Shown here piece after piece: positions 45,865-59,559 of a DNA stretch of 64,000 nt. The stretch lies in the NCBI GenBank assembly GCA_965112735.1, contig OZ218956.1, forward strand, positions 2,418,001 to 2,482,000, read 5' to 3'. The position numbers were made by a program, and so were the translations under genes. Position 1 is the stretch's first letter; every line of letters starts with the position of its first letter. The stretch comes from Phaeosaccion multiseriatum. Its lineage: Eukaryota > Protista > Ochrophyta, other classes. The notes beneath the pieces are model-generated. The model had not been told where the DNA came from. It worked only from the letters and a program-made list of their open reading frames with translations, and did not search any database.

Positions 45865-47747
45865 TGCTTTGCCTGCGAAAGATGGCCTCGCCTCACTTCA
45901 GAGTCCCTTGGAGCGAAGGATGGGTGGGCACCGCTGCTGTTGGCGGAGTGGAGCAAGTTGGCATACGCCCACCTCCTTCCTACCTTACTATGCGTGTGAA
46001 TGATCGTGGAGGCTTTTCGTCTCCGATCTCGGACAAGAGGGGCAACGTCTATCAGTGCTGTGTGGGTGGGTTGGGTGGAGGAGGTTGCCTTTCGAAAGGA
46101 ATCTTACCTCTTCACAGCAGGCGGGCAAGGACACGAGAAGCAAGGCCCGGACGTCTGCAATTGCGAGTCGTAGCAACTAACAAGGGACTGGGGGGCAATA
46201 GCAGTCTATTCAGGCGCGGGGGGGCATCCAGTGCCAAGCATACGAGGGAGTGAGCAACGTGGGAACCTGCTCCGACACAAAGCGTTGGTGCGTGTGCCTA
46301 CAGGGCCGTTGTGAACCCGACGGAGGGAGACCTTCTTACGCTCAAAGGAGTGGAACGGCACGGTGCCGGAGGGCCTCTCACTTCGTTTGCAGCAGAGCAG
46401 CAGACACGTCCTCCCCCCCCCCCCCGCCGGGCTACATGCATGCTTATGACAAAGTGGGTTGGCCCACGACCGAAGAGGGGTTTGACCCTGTATACCCATA
46501 CATAGTCTGCCGTACCTACTGCTCACCGCAGAGGAAAGGGTCGCCCAGTTGACCCACTCGTTACTCTGTTTTCTCCTTGACGCTGCTCAGTGACTGGCGT
46601 GAGCAGAGTCGGTCGAAGTGGTTCGGGATGGACACAGGGATGTCGTCGGTGGCATCGGACCACGACCAACAAAAGTGGCGCCTTACTCGCTGCACTCAGG
46701 GCTGCTGCTGCTACTAGTGGATTTGGAGGATGCGGGCCTTTCCCCTCCGGACGGTTGTGTGGCTCGTTGATGTGGTACTGTCTCCGTCTTTTTTTATATT
46801 TTAAGCTACTTAAACCCCTCTCTCTTAGTACGATACATACTGTAATTAAGTATAAAACTACTAAAAAAAAAGGTACACGGGCCTGCTTGCTGCAAGTAGG
46901 GAGGGTGGTGTCGATGGTACCACACAGAAAAAAATATCCCTCCAAATGAAGTTCGAGTTTGCCTCTCCTAGAGGTGCTTCCTACCCACAGCTACACATAC
47001 ACACGGACCCCGCTTACTCACTCCTCTTCTCCGCCAGAGAGAGGGAAGGAGGAGGCCGCCAGTGCGTGTCCCGGTGGGGGGGGGGGGGCAAGGTTTCCAA
47101 GGAGGAAGGCTTTAATCCCCTCGCTCCCAATGTATATGTACAACGGTCCTGCATCAGTAAAAGCTGCCCCTCCGGACGGGAAAAGGCAAGACGAGTGAAT
47201 GGTTGAGCCAGGGCCCAGCCAAGCAGCCCTTGTTCCGTCACCCTTCCTTGGGAAGAAGATGGACAAGAAGGAAGAAAAATACGGAACGAGACCGAGAGAA
47301 GCAAGGTCTGTTTCGTTCCGGCGTTTGGGCAGTTCGCCCATGTGCCCAGGGACTGACTTCATGGCGCCCCACAAGAGCTGGCACCCCAGAGCACACGTAT
47401 CGACGGGACGGAAGGAAGGCCAGGGAAAGACCCCCCCCCGGCCTCCATGTGTCGAAGAGGAAGAGCCCCGCCTGGGGAGAGCCCCGCCCGCCTCCTCCTT
47501 CGCCCAATTCCTCCCATCTGGCCCCCCACTTTCTATGCCCATGTAGGCAGACACCGCCAAGGCTGCTTGGAAGGGAGACACTCACATCAAGCCCCCTGTG
47601 TCGGTGCTGCTCGACAAGGAGACCATCAGACACGGGAGAAGCGGCCCCTTGTTGCAGCCCCCCCCCACACACACGTGTTGCCTCTGCCCTTCTCCTTTGC
47701 TTGTGTTTCTGAAACGCGCCAAGGTGCGTGCCTCGTCCTGCAGCTCG

Positions 47748-47806
<59 letters not shown>

Positions 47807-48106
47807 TCTCTGACTTGGGACCGTCCGCGACACTTCACGTCACTCTCGTCAGAGATGGGCAACACGACAAGGAAGGGTCCCAGCCCGTCACGGGGATCTG
47901 GACTTCTTCAGCCACTCAAGTGCGGCTGTCTCTCTGGTGTGTGGTAGTCGACAGCGATAGAGGGGGGAGGGGGGCAAGGGAGAGAGAGAAGAGAGCGAGA
48001 GAGACGGAGAGAGGGGAGGGGGGGGAGAGGGGACGGGGGAGGGGGGGTTAGGTCGTAAACGAGCAAAGGCGGGCCGAAAGCAAGCATTGCAAGTGCGGAT
48101 GATGGA

Positions 48107-48902
48107 TCAGTTGAGCTCATGAAACTCCTTCGAGATTGAGCTACACACATTGCACACTGCAACATCACACATTTCACATGGCAAGTGAGTGGCACAGCAC
48201 ATGGCAGCAGCAGCTGGTCCTTGTCCTTGTGGGGTGTGGTCGTACCTGTCCTTCTCCTTCGTGCGCTGCAGCTTGTTGCGCTGGAAGTGCTTCCAGTACG
48301 ACCCGTCTGCCCTGGGGTGCACCACCTGGGGACAGCAAAACAGAGGCATACGGAATAGTAGTAGTAGGTGTCAGGTGTAGGGTAGCATCATCATCATCAG
48401 CAGCAGCAGCAGCAGCAGTAAACTGAGAAGCAAACCCCTCCCCCGTCCTCGCACTTTGGTCACACAAAGATAGGCCTGGCCTTGCCCTTCTCCGACCCAC
48501 CAGCCGCACCCGCCCAAGGGCCTCTCCCCCTCCTCACCCCACAATCTTTCCCCTCCTCACCCCACCCTCCTCCCCCTCCTCGCCCCCACCCTCCTCGCCC
48601 CCACCCTCCTCCCCCTCCTCACCCCACCCTCCTCCCCCTCCTCACCCCCACCCACCTCTACGTCCTCGGGGTCGCTTCCCTCCTTCCAAGGCACCAACAT
48701 GAGTGCGCGCCCACCCTCCTGCACCACCACCTCCCTGTCTCGTAGCCCGTCCTTATCCACCACCACTCCTAGAGGTGAGAGCGTCTCGCTGTCGTACTCC
48801 ACCACCATCCCGTCATGCACACCGAGCACCCTCTCATCGCTCATGTGCCACCAGCATTGGCGACGTTCCTGCGGAGGGGTGTTGGGGTATTGATGGCATG
48901 TT

Positions 48903-48936
<34 letters not shown>

Positions 48937-49672
48937 TGTGTGTTGATTCAAGGGGATCGGAGGCGGGGTTGGTGGTGGTGGCAAGTAGTAGGAGTAGTGG
49001 TAGCAGTAGTAGCAATAGCAGTAGCAGCAGTAGTAGCAGTAGTAGAAGTAGTAGTAGTAGTAGTAGCAGCAGTAGTAGCAGCAGCAGTAGTAGTAGAGGA
49101 AGTAGTAGTAACAGTAGTAGTAGCAGCAGCAGTAGGAGGAGAAGGAGGAGAAAAGGCTTTAGGTCATCGATCCCCGAATGTGGGTAGGCTTGTAAGGAAA
49201 GCCCCACGCCCGAACCTCGACCGTACTGCTTAGCGGGGGTGCAAAGTAGTGTTAACCATATTACTCCACGAAAAGATCGAAACACGCCTCAATGCCTCTC
49301 TCTGTTCTCTTTTCTTCTCTTCCACACCGTAAGCATGACTGCTTTTCTCTTCTTGTGTCGTAAGATTGCCTTCGACTGCCTTAGCCTGCCTTCGACAGAT
49401 TGCCTTCGACTGTCCTAAGATTAAGATATCTTCGACTGCCTTAGGCTGCCTTCGATTGCCTTACCTCGTGTGGCCCTGCAGCGACGAGTCCGTCTGCGCT
49501 CTCGAGATAACACCCGTCTTGCTCCTTGGGCACGTAGGCGCTGAACCACTTAGAGTGGTCTGCGAAGAAGGGAGGGGGAGGGGAGTGGAGGGGGTCAGCT
49601 TGAAGAGCTTCAGCGATGAACAACTACAGCCAGGGCTAGCAACGCAAAGCAAAGCAAAGCTAAGCACAAGGC

Positions 49673-49708
<36 letters not shown>

Positions 49709-49726
49709 AATAACAACAACACCAGC

Positions 49727-49769
<43 letters not shown>

Positions 49770-52700
49770 CCCTTGGCAGACTGAACTGAAACTCACGCAC
49801 CGTAGTCCTCATGCCCATGTGCCTCAAAGGGGTGGGTGGGGTCGTCGTATCGGATCGTCAGGTCAAGTCGGACTTCGCCTTCGTTGTGGTGACTGATGGT
49901 GTAGATCTTTAGCTCCTCCTCTGTGCCGCTCACCTAAGGGGAGACGGAGGAGGGAGGAGGAGGGGGGGGGGGGGACAGGCAGACAGGACGTACGGTTCCG
50001 CGGCGGGGTAGGGGAGGGGGAGAAAGCAAGAGTCAGGAGGCGGGGGGTGCAGGGCGGACAAACAGAGGGGGGTGGGGTGGAGAACCGGAAAATAAGACGG
50101 GGTAGAGAGGACCGGGGGGGGGGGGGGTAAGTTAACTCAGTCAGCTACCAAAAATAAAGGGCGTACAAAGGACGGGAAGGGGGAGTTTAGTTCACTTGGT
50201 CAGCTACCAAGTCGGTGTGGTCGCCTCGCTGCCCTCGCCGCTTGGTCTCTTCCGTGTCTGTGTCTACACGTCTATCTATCGGGACGACTTACGATGCGTG
50301 TGTGGCGTCGCCCATCCCTCGAGCTTGTCTCTCCCATGACACCCACCTAAGTGCACAACCGGGCAAGCAATGGGGTAGCGAGGGCATGATTGGGTCAGCA
50401 CGTGATGAGAGACTCGCGAGCGTACACGCGCGTAAGCACACACATTATGGACACACACGCACGCCCAATGCAAGTGGGTTGAGCTGGCCGATCGATTGAG
50501 ATTGATGCTCAGTGAAGTCCGAGGAGGGACAGATGTAAAGGATGGAACAGAAAGGAGAAATGAGCAACGCGGAGGAATAGGGATAGAGGAGAGAAGAGCA
50601 GAGGCATATAGGCACATGAGCAGGACAGAGTAGAGGTGTATGGGCAGAGAAGACCAGAGGTATATGGGCAGGACGACGACTCACTTGCACGAAGGTGCAG
50701 TCCCCCTGCCGCCCCGACATAATGGAGTCCTCGTAGTCGTGGCTGAAACGGCAAGGCAGTGAGGGGTGCACGCACGCACGCACACACCCACACACACACG
50801 CATACGCGCCCCCATACACACGCGCACACACACGCACACACACACACACACACACATAAGGGGCGAGGGGATGAGTCACAAGGCAAAGAGGGTAGGGGCG
50901 GAGGCGGGCAGCGGCATTGTGGTCGTGTGAGAAAAGAATGAACGACGAATAAATAGAAAAAAAGCAAGCGCACAATCGAGGAGAGAGAAAAGACGTCACA
51001 GCGATCTATCTGGTGAAGAGGCGTTTCTTTCCCTTTTATGTCTTCGATTAAACCTTCTATTGTTGTCCTCACCCATCTCATGCACCCACCTGAGGTGAAA
51101 GTGTCCCGAGAACCAGCCTTTAATGCACTTGTGCTTGGCTGCCAGCTCCGAAAACACTCTGTACCGTGCCTCTCCGGAGCTGTGATTGAGCCACGCGCAC
51201 CCGTTCTTGATGTGGACTGACTGCAGCACTCTGTTTGAGGAAGGTGGGGGTGGTGAGGGTGGGGAGGGGGGGGTACATGGGAAGGGCAGGAAGGGGTTGG
51301 TGGGGGCGGAGGGGGGCGGCGCAGAGGGACGAACGGGCAGACAGAAGCGGAGCGGGAGCGGAACGACACGGAGTGAGTGAAAAAAAACACAAACACTCAC
51401 CGTAGACCAGAGCCCATGGGCGGGGCGTGAGTGAACACGAGGACGCGCCAACCCTCGCTGTCCGGGTGCTGCGGGAGGAAGGCACGTGGTGGATGCGTGT
51501 GGAGGAGAGAGAGAGAGAGAGAGGGGAGCGCAAAAAGAGGTTTGGCGTAAGCGCCTTGCTTGGCATTTTCCTCTTGCCCCCCTCAGATCGGGGCATCGGG
51601 ACATCAAGGCCACCACACCACTGTCCATCGGGACGGACGGACATACGGACTGAACGGAGCTGTGGATGGGTGGGGTGGGGTGGGGGGCATGATCAAGCGG
51701 AGACTTGAACTCCACGCTGCCGCCTCGCGTGCGTGCGTGCGTGCGTGCGTGCGTGCTTTCCCGATGGCAACCAGCTTGCTTCCTCTCGCCTCCTGTCTAT
51801 AGATAGCCCCTGCGCCTCGTCTTCGTCCTCGTCCTTCTCCTCCACACTGCCTCCCTCCTTCCCTTCCTCCCTCCCTCCCTCACCTTCTCCAGCAGGTCCT
51901 TGAACCAGTCCACCTGCGCATCATCAATAAACACTTCGTGCGAGCTGAAAGGCGCAGAACGGAAGCGCGTCGTCGCCAGACCGACGCACAGAGTCTTGTG
52001 GGCCACCTTCACATCAAGAGAGGAAGGGAGGGAGACATGAGGTCTAATCGAGAGACTAAGCCCCAATACCCGACCGCCAAGTGTACGCAAGCAAAAACAC
52101 ACACGCACACACGCACACACGCGCACACGCATGCACGTACACACGCACTCACCCACTCACCTCTACACAGAACTGTGGCCCCTTTCCCTTCCCCACCCCG
52201 TGGTGCCCTTTGAATACGTCTCTCCACGCCTGTGGGGCAAGTGCCCAATGAACCCGACAGGAGGGGGAGGAGGCGGCGGGGGGGAGAGGAGGAGGAGGAG
52301 GAGGAGGAGGAGGAGGAGGAGGAGGGGGAGGAGGAGGAGGAGGAGGCGGCGGGGGGGGAGGAGAAGAAGAAGAAGAAGAAGAAGAAGAAGAAGAAGAAGA
52401 AGAAGAAGAAGAAGAAGAAGAAGAAGAAGAAGAAGAAGAAGAAGCGGTGGTGGTGGTTAGTTTGCGTCGCGTACAGGCTTTGAACGTGAGGTAAGGAGAA
52501 AAGTGAGAGAAGGTGCCACATATCCAGTGAGCGACGACCACACACACGCCTCCCTCCCTCCCTCCCTCCCTCCGTCCCTCCCTCCCTCCCTCCGTCCCCC
52601 TCCATCCCCATTCCTCCGTCCCAACCGGCCCGGACCCCCTCTGAAGCAGAGGCAAAGGAGCGCAAGCAGAGTATACACAGGAGACCACGTAGAGTGAGAC

Positions 52701-53977
52701 AAGCCCCACCTGTAAGTTGTCCTCATCGTTCTCGAACTCGTCCATGCCCTCGAGGTCGTGATTTCCGGTGATGAGGGAGTAGGGCGTCTCGAAGCCGTCG
52801 AGATATTCCTTGGCATTGATGAAGCATTTCGTCGTGCCTGGGGGACAAGGGTGGGGGGGGAGGGAGGGAGAAGGAGGAGGAGCAGGGAGGAGAAGGAGGA
52901 GAAGGAGAAGGAGGAGGAGGAGGAGGAGAAGGAGGAGGAGGAGGAGGAGGAGGAGGAGGAGGAGGAGGAGGAGGAGGAGAAGGAGGAGGAGGAGGAGGAG
53001 GAGGAGGAGCAGGAGGAGGAGGAGGAGCAGGAGCAGGAGGAGGAGGAGGAGGAGGAGGAGGAGGAGGAGGAGCAGGAGGAGCAGGAGGAGGAGGAGCAGG
53101 AGGAGGAGGAGGAGGAGGAGGAGCAGGAGCAGGAGGAGGAGGAGGTGGTGGTGGTGGTGCGGGTTACATAGTGCGCTTGGACTGCCCGATGTCCATATTC
53201 ACATAAAGTCACAAGACGCGAGGGCTGCAAGACTGCTGGGAGGGATGGTGATGGAGACACTTGCCTGCTTGCCCCCATGCCCCGAGATCTCCCAGAGACA
53301 CCACGTGTGCGTTCTCCGTCTCCAGCAGGAAGGCTTCATTCTAACACATACACAGAGAGAGAAGGGAGCGAGAGAGGGAACCAGAGAGAGATTGAGTGAG
53401 AGGAAGAGGGAGTCAGAGAGAGGGAGTCAAAGCGAGAGATGGAGAGAGAGAGAGTGATGGAGAGAGAGGCTGCTAAGCCATGGTTTTGGCGGACCCTGTG
53501 CGTGTCTGGAAGGAGGATGTTTTATGGACTTGGCCTTTTGATACTGCTATTGCGGCTGCTACTGCTGCGATGGGACACCTTAGCTCTTACCTCTAAGGCA
53601 GACACAACATGGTCTCTCCCTTCATTGTGGCAGTCCATGTTATCGATCTCGAGGTGAAGGTCGCCCAGGACAGCCATGGTGAAGCGGCGGCTGTCCGGCT
53701 CCGTCGGCGATGCTCGCTCGGCATCCTCGCCCTCCCCCTCGCCTTCCCCTCCACCTTCTGCTGCTGCCGCTAACCCTACATATCCGCAGCCGGGTATCCT
53801 CTCTGCTGCTGAGGGGAATCTCTCTGCTACACCTGGAACTGGAGGTGCCACTACTGCCCTCGCGCTCCTTCTCGTGTACCGGCTCGGCAACGCGTGGAAA
53901 GCAGATGCCGTCGTACATAGACTTATGGCCAGGAGCACACCAGCTGCACCCTCTCTCTCCCTCAGGAAGAACTTCAT
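48107..53977 (-). CDS. Calcineurin-like metallophosphoesterase, probably plastid-targeted; about 13 exons; last exon uncertain
   Basis: Signal peptide plus ASAFH. Metal-binding motifs GDLH, LGDLG, GNHD, FTHAP, SGHFH. Further exons SSHEVFIDDAQVDWF, RDGRRHTRI, WWHMSDERVLGVHDGMVVEYD, DGSYWKHFQRNK. Confidence 0.85.
49362..49462. repeat. About 10-bp minisatellite (TGCCTTCGAC/TGCCTTAGGC) at the 5' end of an intron
   Basis: Directly visible; abuts the donor GAG|GTAAGGCA on the minus strand. Confidence 0.8.
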
Positions 53978-54266
53978 AATATCTTTTCTGTATCCCTTTC
54001 TTGAGCGCAACCAGCGCAGGGGATTTCGGCTTTAACAACCCAAGCCGCTATACTTGGGCGTTGCCCTTCTAATCCCCTTCTCTCCCCGACGACATCACAC
54101 TCCCTCCGTCGCTCCCGGCTCCCAAACAGCGCCCAACATCTCCTTGGTGACCGACTGTGACGGATCACTAGGCGCGAAGAGTACTGTGGCATAGGGGGAT
54201 AAGGGAAAAGGTGTTTGGCTTGACATATTTCTTTTTGTTTTGGTGGAACCCACTCTACACAGAACA

Positions 54267-54699
54267 ATGTATGGGGCTGCTCAGAGGAGGCGGCCCGCAG
54301 GCGCCGCAGCAGCTGCACGGAACGCTCGCTCACAGCAGCTGGCGCGGATTGACGCTGACGCGGTAGCGAAGAGAGCAATCGTAACCGCGGGAAAGCTTGC
54401 CAAGAGGTGGGTTTGGGTTGCAGGATAAGACTCTAATTACTCCTCCTTGTTGACTCGCTCTTGCTCTCAACCCTTTCCTTCGATCGACCTCATACAGACA
54501 CCCGATAATTTCTCTGAGTTGGGTGGCTGGCTTGGCGCTTTCCATCCTGGGCACCGGCTTTACTCCGGCGCCCGAAGTCATCCGAACGTACCAGGTGAGG
54601 GAAGGGAGAAGGGCTCATGGACGCCACCGCCCGACCTTCCTTCTACGTATGTAACTCTGGTCCCTGTCCGTAAATAGCCGACTGAATGATGACCGCCAT

Positions 54700-54739
<40 letters not shown>

Positions 54740-55857
54740 AACTGCGCAGGACACGGTGGACTCGCTGGACGTGGATACCCTCGCCACCGTAGAGAGCAGA
54801 GTGATGCGAGCACAACACCAATACGATCGCAGCAAAGGTGAGGGGTTGAAGGAGAGGACGGAACACGCGCGCACCCCTAAACAACGACGTTACATCCACA
54901 AGATGGAGGGGGCGGAAGCGGCGGAGCGGAGGCTTTGCATTGGCAGCCGTGTCCCCTCTTTCCTTCTCTCCCTTTTCTCCCCATATAGCTAATATGCTTT
55001 CTCACATTCATATCGATAATTCGTACATGCATCACCAACCCCCCCAACCCCGCACCCCGCCCCCTCCTCCCCTCAAAAGGATGGTTCTGGAGGTGCAACG
55101 ATCGATGCCAATTGAACAAGAAGGACTACCTCATGGAAAAGGCGCACTTCGATCATCTCATGGCGCAGTACCGTGCTGATGTAGCGGACGCTAAGTCCAA
55201 GCTCGGCGTCTTTAGCACCTTCTCGGTCACAGAGGTAGGCAGGGCACGGCAGGGAACAACACATCATCATGGCAGGCATTGCATGCATGTTGGATCTCCT
55301 TTCTGTGGAGCGCACGCACAGACACGCACACACACTCACACAGCACCCCCCCCCCCTCTCTCTCTCTCAAGGCTCGGAACCTCTTCTACGGCAAGATAAA
55401 GAACGCCAAGGCCTACGCCAAGAGATCCACCTTTTTCGATATGGTCTTTGTGGGCATTCGCAGCATCGGCCGTGACGAGGACATGGGCGACTACATTATG
55501 CACATTCTCATCCGCCTCTTGCAAAACATCACTGTAGGCCTCTTGGGAGCTATTGTCTCCTTCGGGTGGGGGATTTGGAGCATTGTATTCAGTTACCAAC
55601 CGGACCCGTTCCAGGCTGTGTTCTTTGGCCTCGTGTGTATACTGGCGGCGGTGGCCACGATTGCCACGTGGTTCGCGGGGATTGGGCTGGTGGGAGCGGG
55701 AGCGGTGTACGGGATGGCCAAGGCCGCACAGGCGGGGCGGATAGAGGGCGGGCCGAGGCAGGGGCAGCTGCAGGGGCAGCAGCACTATTCCGCAGCTGCA
55801 GCAGCGGCCGCAGAACGACCGTCGTACGGGTACGGCTCTGCGCCGCATCAGGACTGA
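54267..55857 (+). CDS. Uncharacterised multi-pass membrane protein; 5 exons
   Basis: Exons ~54267-54406, 54498-54594, 54750-54837, 55080-55233 and 55372-55857 splice in frame. They encode an N-terminal TM (IISLSWVAGLALSILG), SKGWFWRCNDRC, a coiled segment and 3-4 C-terminal TM helices. Confidence 0.75.
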
Positions 55858-55986
55858 GGAAGACTTGTGTGGGCTGGGGGAAAACGGACCAGGGCAGTCC
55901 CTACTGCTCCGCCGTGCTTCCTGCTTCTCCTGCTGGTCCTGCTGGGACTGGAGGGCTCTGCCGACAAGACAGCCGTATGGCGCTTT

Positions 55987-56020
<34 letters not shown>

Positions 56021-56531
56021 AAAGGCAAGGGAAGTGGTCGAGGCCCAAGCACTGAGGGTTATTTAAGGCTCATCTTGGTCAGGAGAGGGGCCTGTCACGC
56101 CATCCACTACCATCCCGAAGGAGCACAGTTGGACATTCGCGCAACGAAAAGAGGGGCACACGTCTGACAGTTGAGAGTTGCCGCAGTCGCAATCCCCTAT
56201 TGCAAGGGTACTGATTTTACAATACAAGGATTTTTGCTGCCATCCGCTCCCCACCCAGAACGGAGAACTTTTTGTTTTATAAAACAAACAAGGTGTGTCC
56301 ACTGTACACGCAATTCTTTCTGTCAGGCACGCGCGCACAAGACCCACCCACCCACCCACACACCCACCCACCCACGCCACCCACATACACACACAATCCT
56401 GGTTTTCGCGCTCTCACGCTGCTGTCCCGACCGTCAGCCCCCCTTTTGCTGCCCCACGGACAGCTACAAACATGTTTCGTATGTGTCATGTCAATACCGT
56501 CCCGCCTCGCATCCCCTCTCTCACCCCCCCC

Positions 56532-56563
<32 letters not shown>

Positions 56564-56674
56564 TTCAACCACCTTCCCCTGGTCTCCTCACCCACAGCCA
56601 CACAAGCCCTTCCCTCGCCACCACCGCCGCCGCCGCCGCCAGTTGTCCGCTGCCACATTCACTCGCTTATCTAT

Positions 56675-58800
56675 TTACCGACAGCTCTTTCCAAAGCCAG
56701 CATAAATGCCATCCTGCATGCTAATGCCTCCGAAGCGATCCTGCCTCTCCGCCATCCTCCTGGCTGTGTCCTCTCTCCTCTGCCGCTCCAGCGTCTCTAG
56801 CGTCTCGCTCTCCAAAGCCTTCATCTGCGCCTGGTGGGATGCCTCCGTCTCGTCAAGCAAGTGCCTAACTCGCTCCTGCTCGCACGCCCACGCCTTGTCC
56901 TCCATCCTCTCTCGGTAGAGCGCGTCCTGGTGCTGCTCTTTGAGGGCTTCGTTGGACATCAAGTATTCCCTCTGCTGCTCCTCTGTCAGCCCACGGAACT
57001 GGTCCTTCACCCCCCCCTTGACTTCGCTCTGCATGTGCGCCCTGTAGGCAAGTTCCTCTTCGTCCATCCTGGCCTGAGACGTGCAGTGTGACAGTGATGC
57101 AAGCAGAACAGAGAGGGGGTGGGGGTGGGGGTGGGTGCGGGTGGTACAACAGACGAAAAAGAAAAGAAAACGAGAGGGACAACAACAAAAAACCTATGAT
57201 GGCAAAATGAGGGGCGGGATTCGATTCGCTCCTCTGATTCTCCCGCTGCACACATCCACATCCACGCACCTCATCCTCCTTCCATTTTCTGTGCTCCTCG
57301 GCCTTGTCCAGCGCCCTGCGCTCATTGACGCTCCTCACGCTCTGCTGCAGGTCCCTGCGCTGCGCGTCCTCCTCCTCCTCGATCTCGGTCTGCACGGCGG
57401 CCACTTGCTGCAGGTAGGCCTGGTAAGCGCGGTCCTCGGCCTTTTCCTCGCGGTCGCGGTCCTCCATATGCGCCATCTGCGACAGGCTCCACTGCGACAT
57501 TTGGGCCTTCTGCTGAGCGTGCCGTGCCTTCCGATCTGTTGTGTCACGGCACATGTGTTTTTCGTGCAAGGTGGTGATGGAGGAGGAGGAGGAGGAGGAG
57601 GAACGACAAGAAGAAGAAGAAGAAGAAGAAGAAGAAGGAGGAGGAGGAGAAGAAGAAGAACAACAACAACAAAAGCACATGTACACAGTGAGAAAAAACA
57701 CTCCTTGTCCTCTAACCATGATGCCCTGACATATTTACTCTCAACTGTCTCCTTCCCTCCCCCAAGCAACACCCCTCCATATCCTCGTCTGCTCTCTTAA
57801 GAAACGGTGCCCCCCTCCCTCCTCCTGTTCTCGTAACCGTGCAGCCCAAACACATCTCTCTTCCCGCCCACCTCGCTCACCTGGGTCCTCGCCCTTGAAC
57901 TTCTGTAGCGCCGCTACTCCCGTGCGGTCTACATCAACTGGGGCCATGCGCATTTCCCTGTCCTTCCTCCTCATCTCCTCCTTCAAGGCCACGTCCTTCT
58001 GCCACTCCTCCTTAAGAATGTCGGCTTCTTCCCTCCTCAGCGCGTTCTCTTCCGCCTCCCTGTCCTCCATGAGCTGTCGAATGGCCTGGCCTTCGCCGAA
58101 TTCCTCCATCTGCTGCAGGCGCTCCCTCTCCAGCTGAGCTTGACGTTGCCGCACCTGTTTTTTGTTTCGAGGGCAATTCGGGATTTGATTTGATGTGAAT
58201 GAGTTGAGTTTGATTGACGACCAAGATAGCGGGAGCAGAGTTACGTTAGAAAGGCAAGGCAGGGAGGACACACGCGTGGTCAAAGATAGAGAAGCTGAGG
58301 GTGGACGTCGGAGTTGGAGAGTAGAGGGAGGAAGGAGTTGGTGGGGGGGGGTTCCGGCTGGGAAAGTGGGGAGCGGTCCTTTGCCCTCTTGGGGAAGGTT
58401 GACGTTGGAAAGGGGCCGATCGCCAAAGGATTCCACGTACATGAGAGAGAAGAGAGAGAACGGGAAATGGGGGAAAGAGAGGAGCAGACCAGCGGATACC
58501 CTACCTCCCCGAGTCACATAGTGGGCGAGGAAAGTAGCAGGGGGGACGGGAGAGGGGGCAAACGGACCGGAGACTTTGCAGAGGGGAAAGCCGGGCCCCC
58601 AAGGGTGCATCAGCGCACAAGCAGAACGCTCTCAGTGACGATATACTGACCTGCTCGTCGAGGGCTTCCAGGTCCACGCCGATGGTGCGCTGCCGGGCAT
58701 TGAGGAAGCGGGGCACCCGCGCCGCGTTTCTGGCTCGCATTCCTTCGATGCGAGCCTGCTCCTTCTCCAGAGTGATCGGCGCAGCCCCCAGCATTGCCAT
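56675..58800 (-). CDS. RIB43A-domain coiled-coil flagellar microtubule inner protein; 4 exons
   Basis: RFLNARQRTIGVDLEALDEQV; VAALQKFKGED; FRGLTEEQ; C-terminal GFGKSCR. These match RIB43A-family motifs. Confidence 0.85.
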
Positions 58801-59281
58801 GATTATGAAGTCGAAGCAGTCCTTAGTAGTGTGGCAGGTAAGGGTAGGTTAGGAGGGTCAAGGCAGCGCCAAGACGAGCGAAGAAGCGGTTGTGATTTCC
58901 CTCCCTGAAAAAACTCCCGGAGATTATGTCACTGAAATCAGCTTTTCTCCACCGCCGGCGGATCATCTAAACTTTTTTCTTTTTTTTCTCTTGCCCTGAC
59001 TGAACACAACACTTGCCTGACGTGGCGACCCTGGTTCCTGGTTCTGGGGGGGAAAGCCATGTAATAAGGCAATGATGAGGGCTAAGGCTGGTTCGTGGTA
59101 GGCGCCAGCCGGCCTGGTTCTGGGCTGGCCTGTCTCAAACAAAAAAAAATGTCAGGGGCTGACTGACAAGAGCGCGCCTTCCTGGGTCGGCTCAACCGCG
59201 GAGCTGGCCCTGCACTCCCCCTCCCCGCCCAAGAGGGGGAGTAACCGCCCCCCCGAGGGCCCCGGAGACACAGAGATACAG

Positions 59282-59315
<34 letters not shown>

Positions 59316-59356
59316 CACAATCACACTTTCAGTTTCTTAGGTGATTTCAATGAAGG

Positions 59357-59457
59357 ACCCCTGACGCACTATCGCCCACTTTCTCGATAGCGCGAGATAG
59401 CGGATAGTGGATCGGCTGGGCGCGGCGATACCGGATAGCGGATAGTGCATCAGGGGT
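59357..59457. mobile_element. 101-bp inverted-repeat element (MITE-like) with internal GATAG repeats
   Basis: ACCCCTGACGCACTATC (59357-59373) versus GATAGTGCATCAGGGGT (59441-59457), 1 mismatch. Confidence 0.6.
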
Positions 59458-59559
59458 TGAAAAGTGGAGGGTGCAGGGGGGGCGAGTGCGTGTGTGTGTT
59501 AGCCAAGGGGCTCCTGCTTGCTCGGTAGGTGTGAGACCTCCCTCACACCGGGCACTTAC

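Noticed and set aside
45861-48060. Short ORFs between the DOMON and metallophosphoesterase genes
   Set aside because: No recognisable motifs or consistent exon chain; may be UTR or alternative last exons
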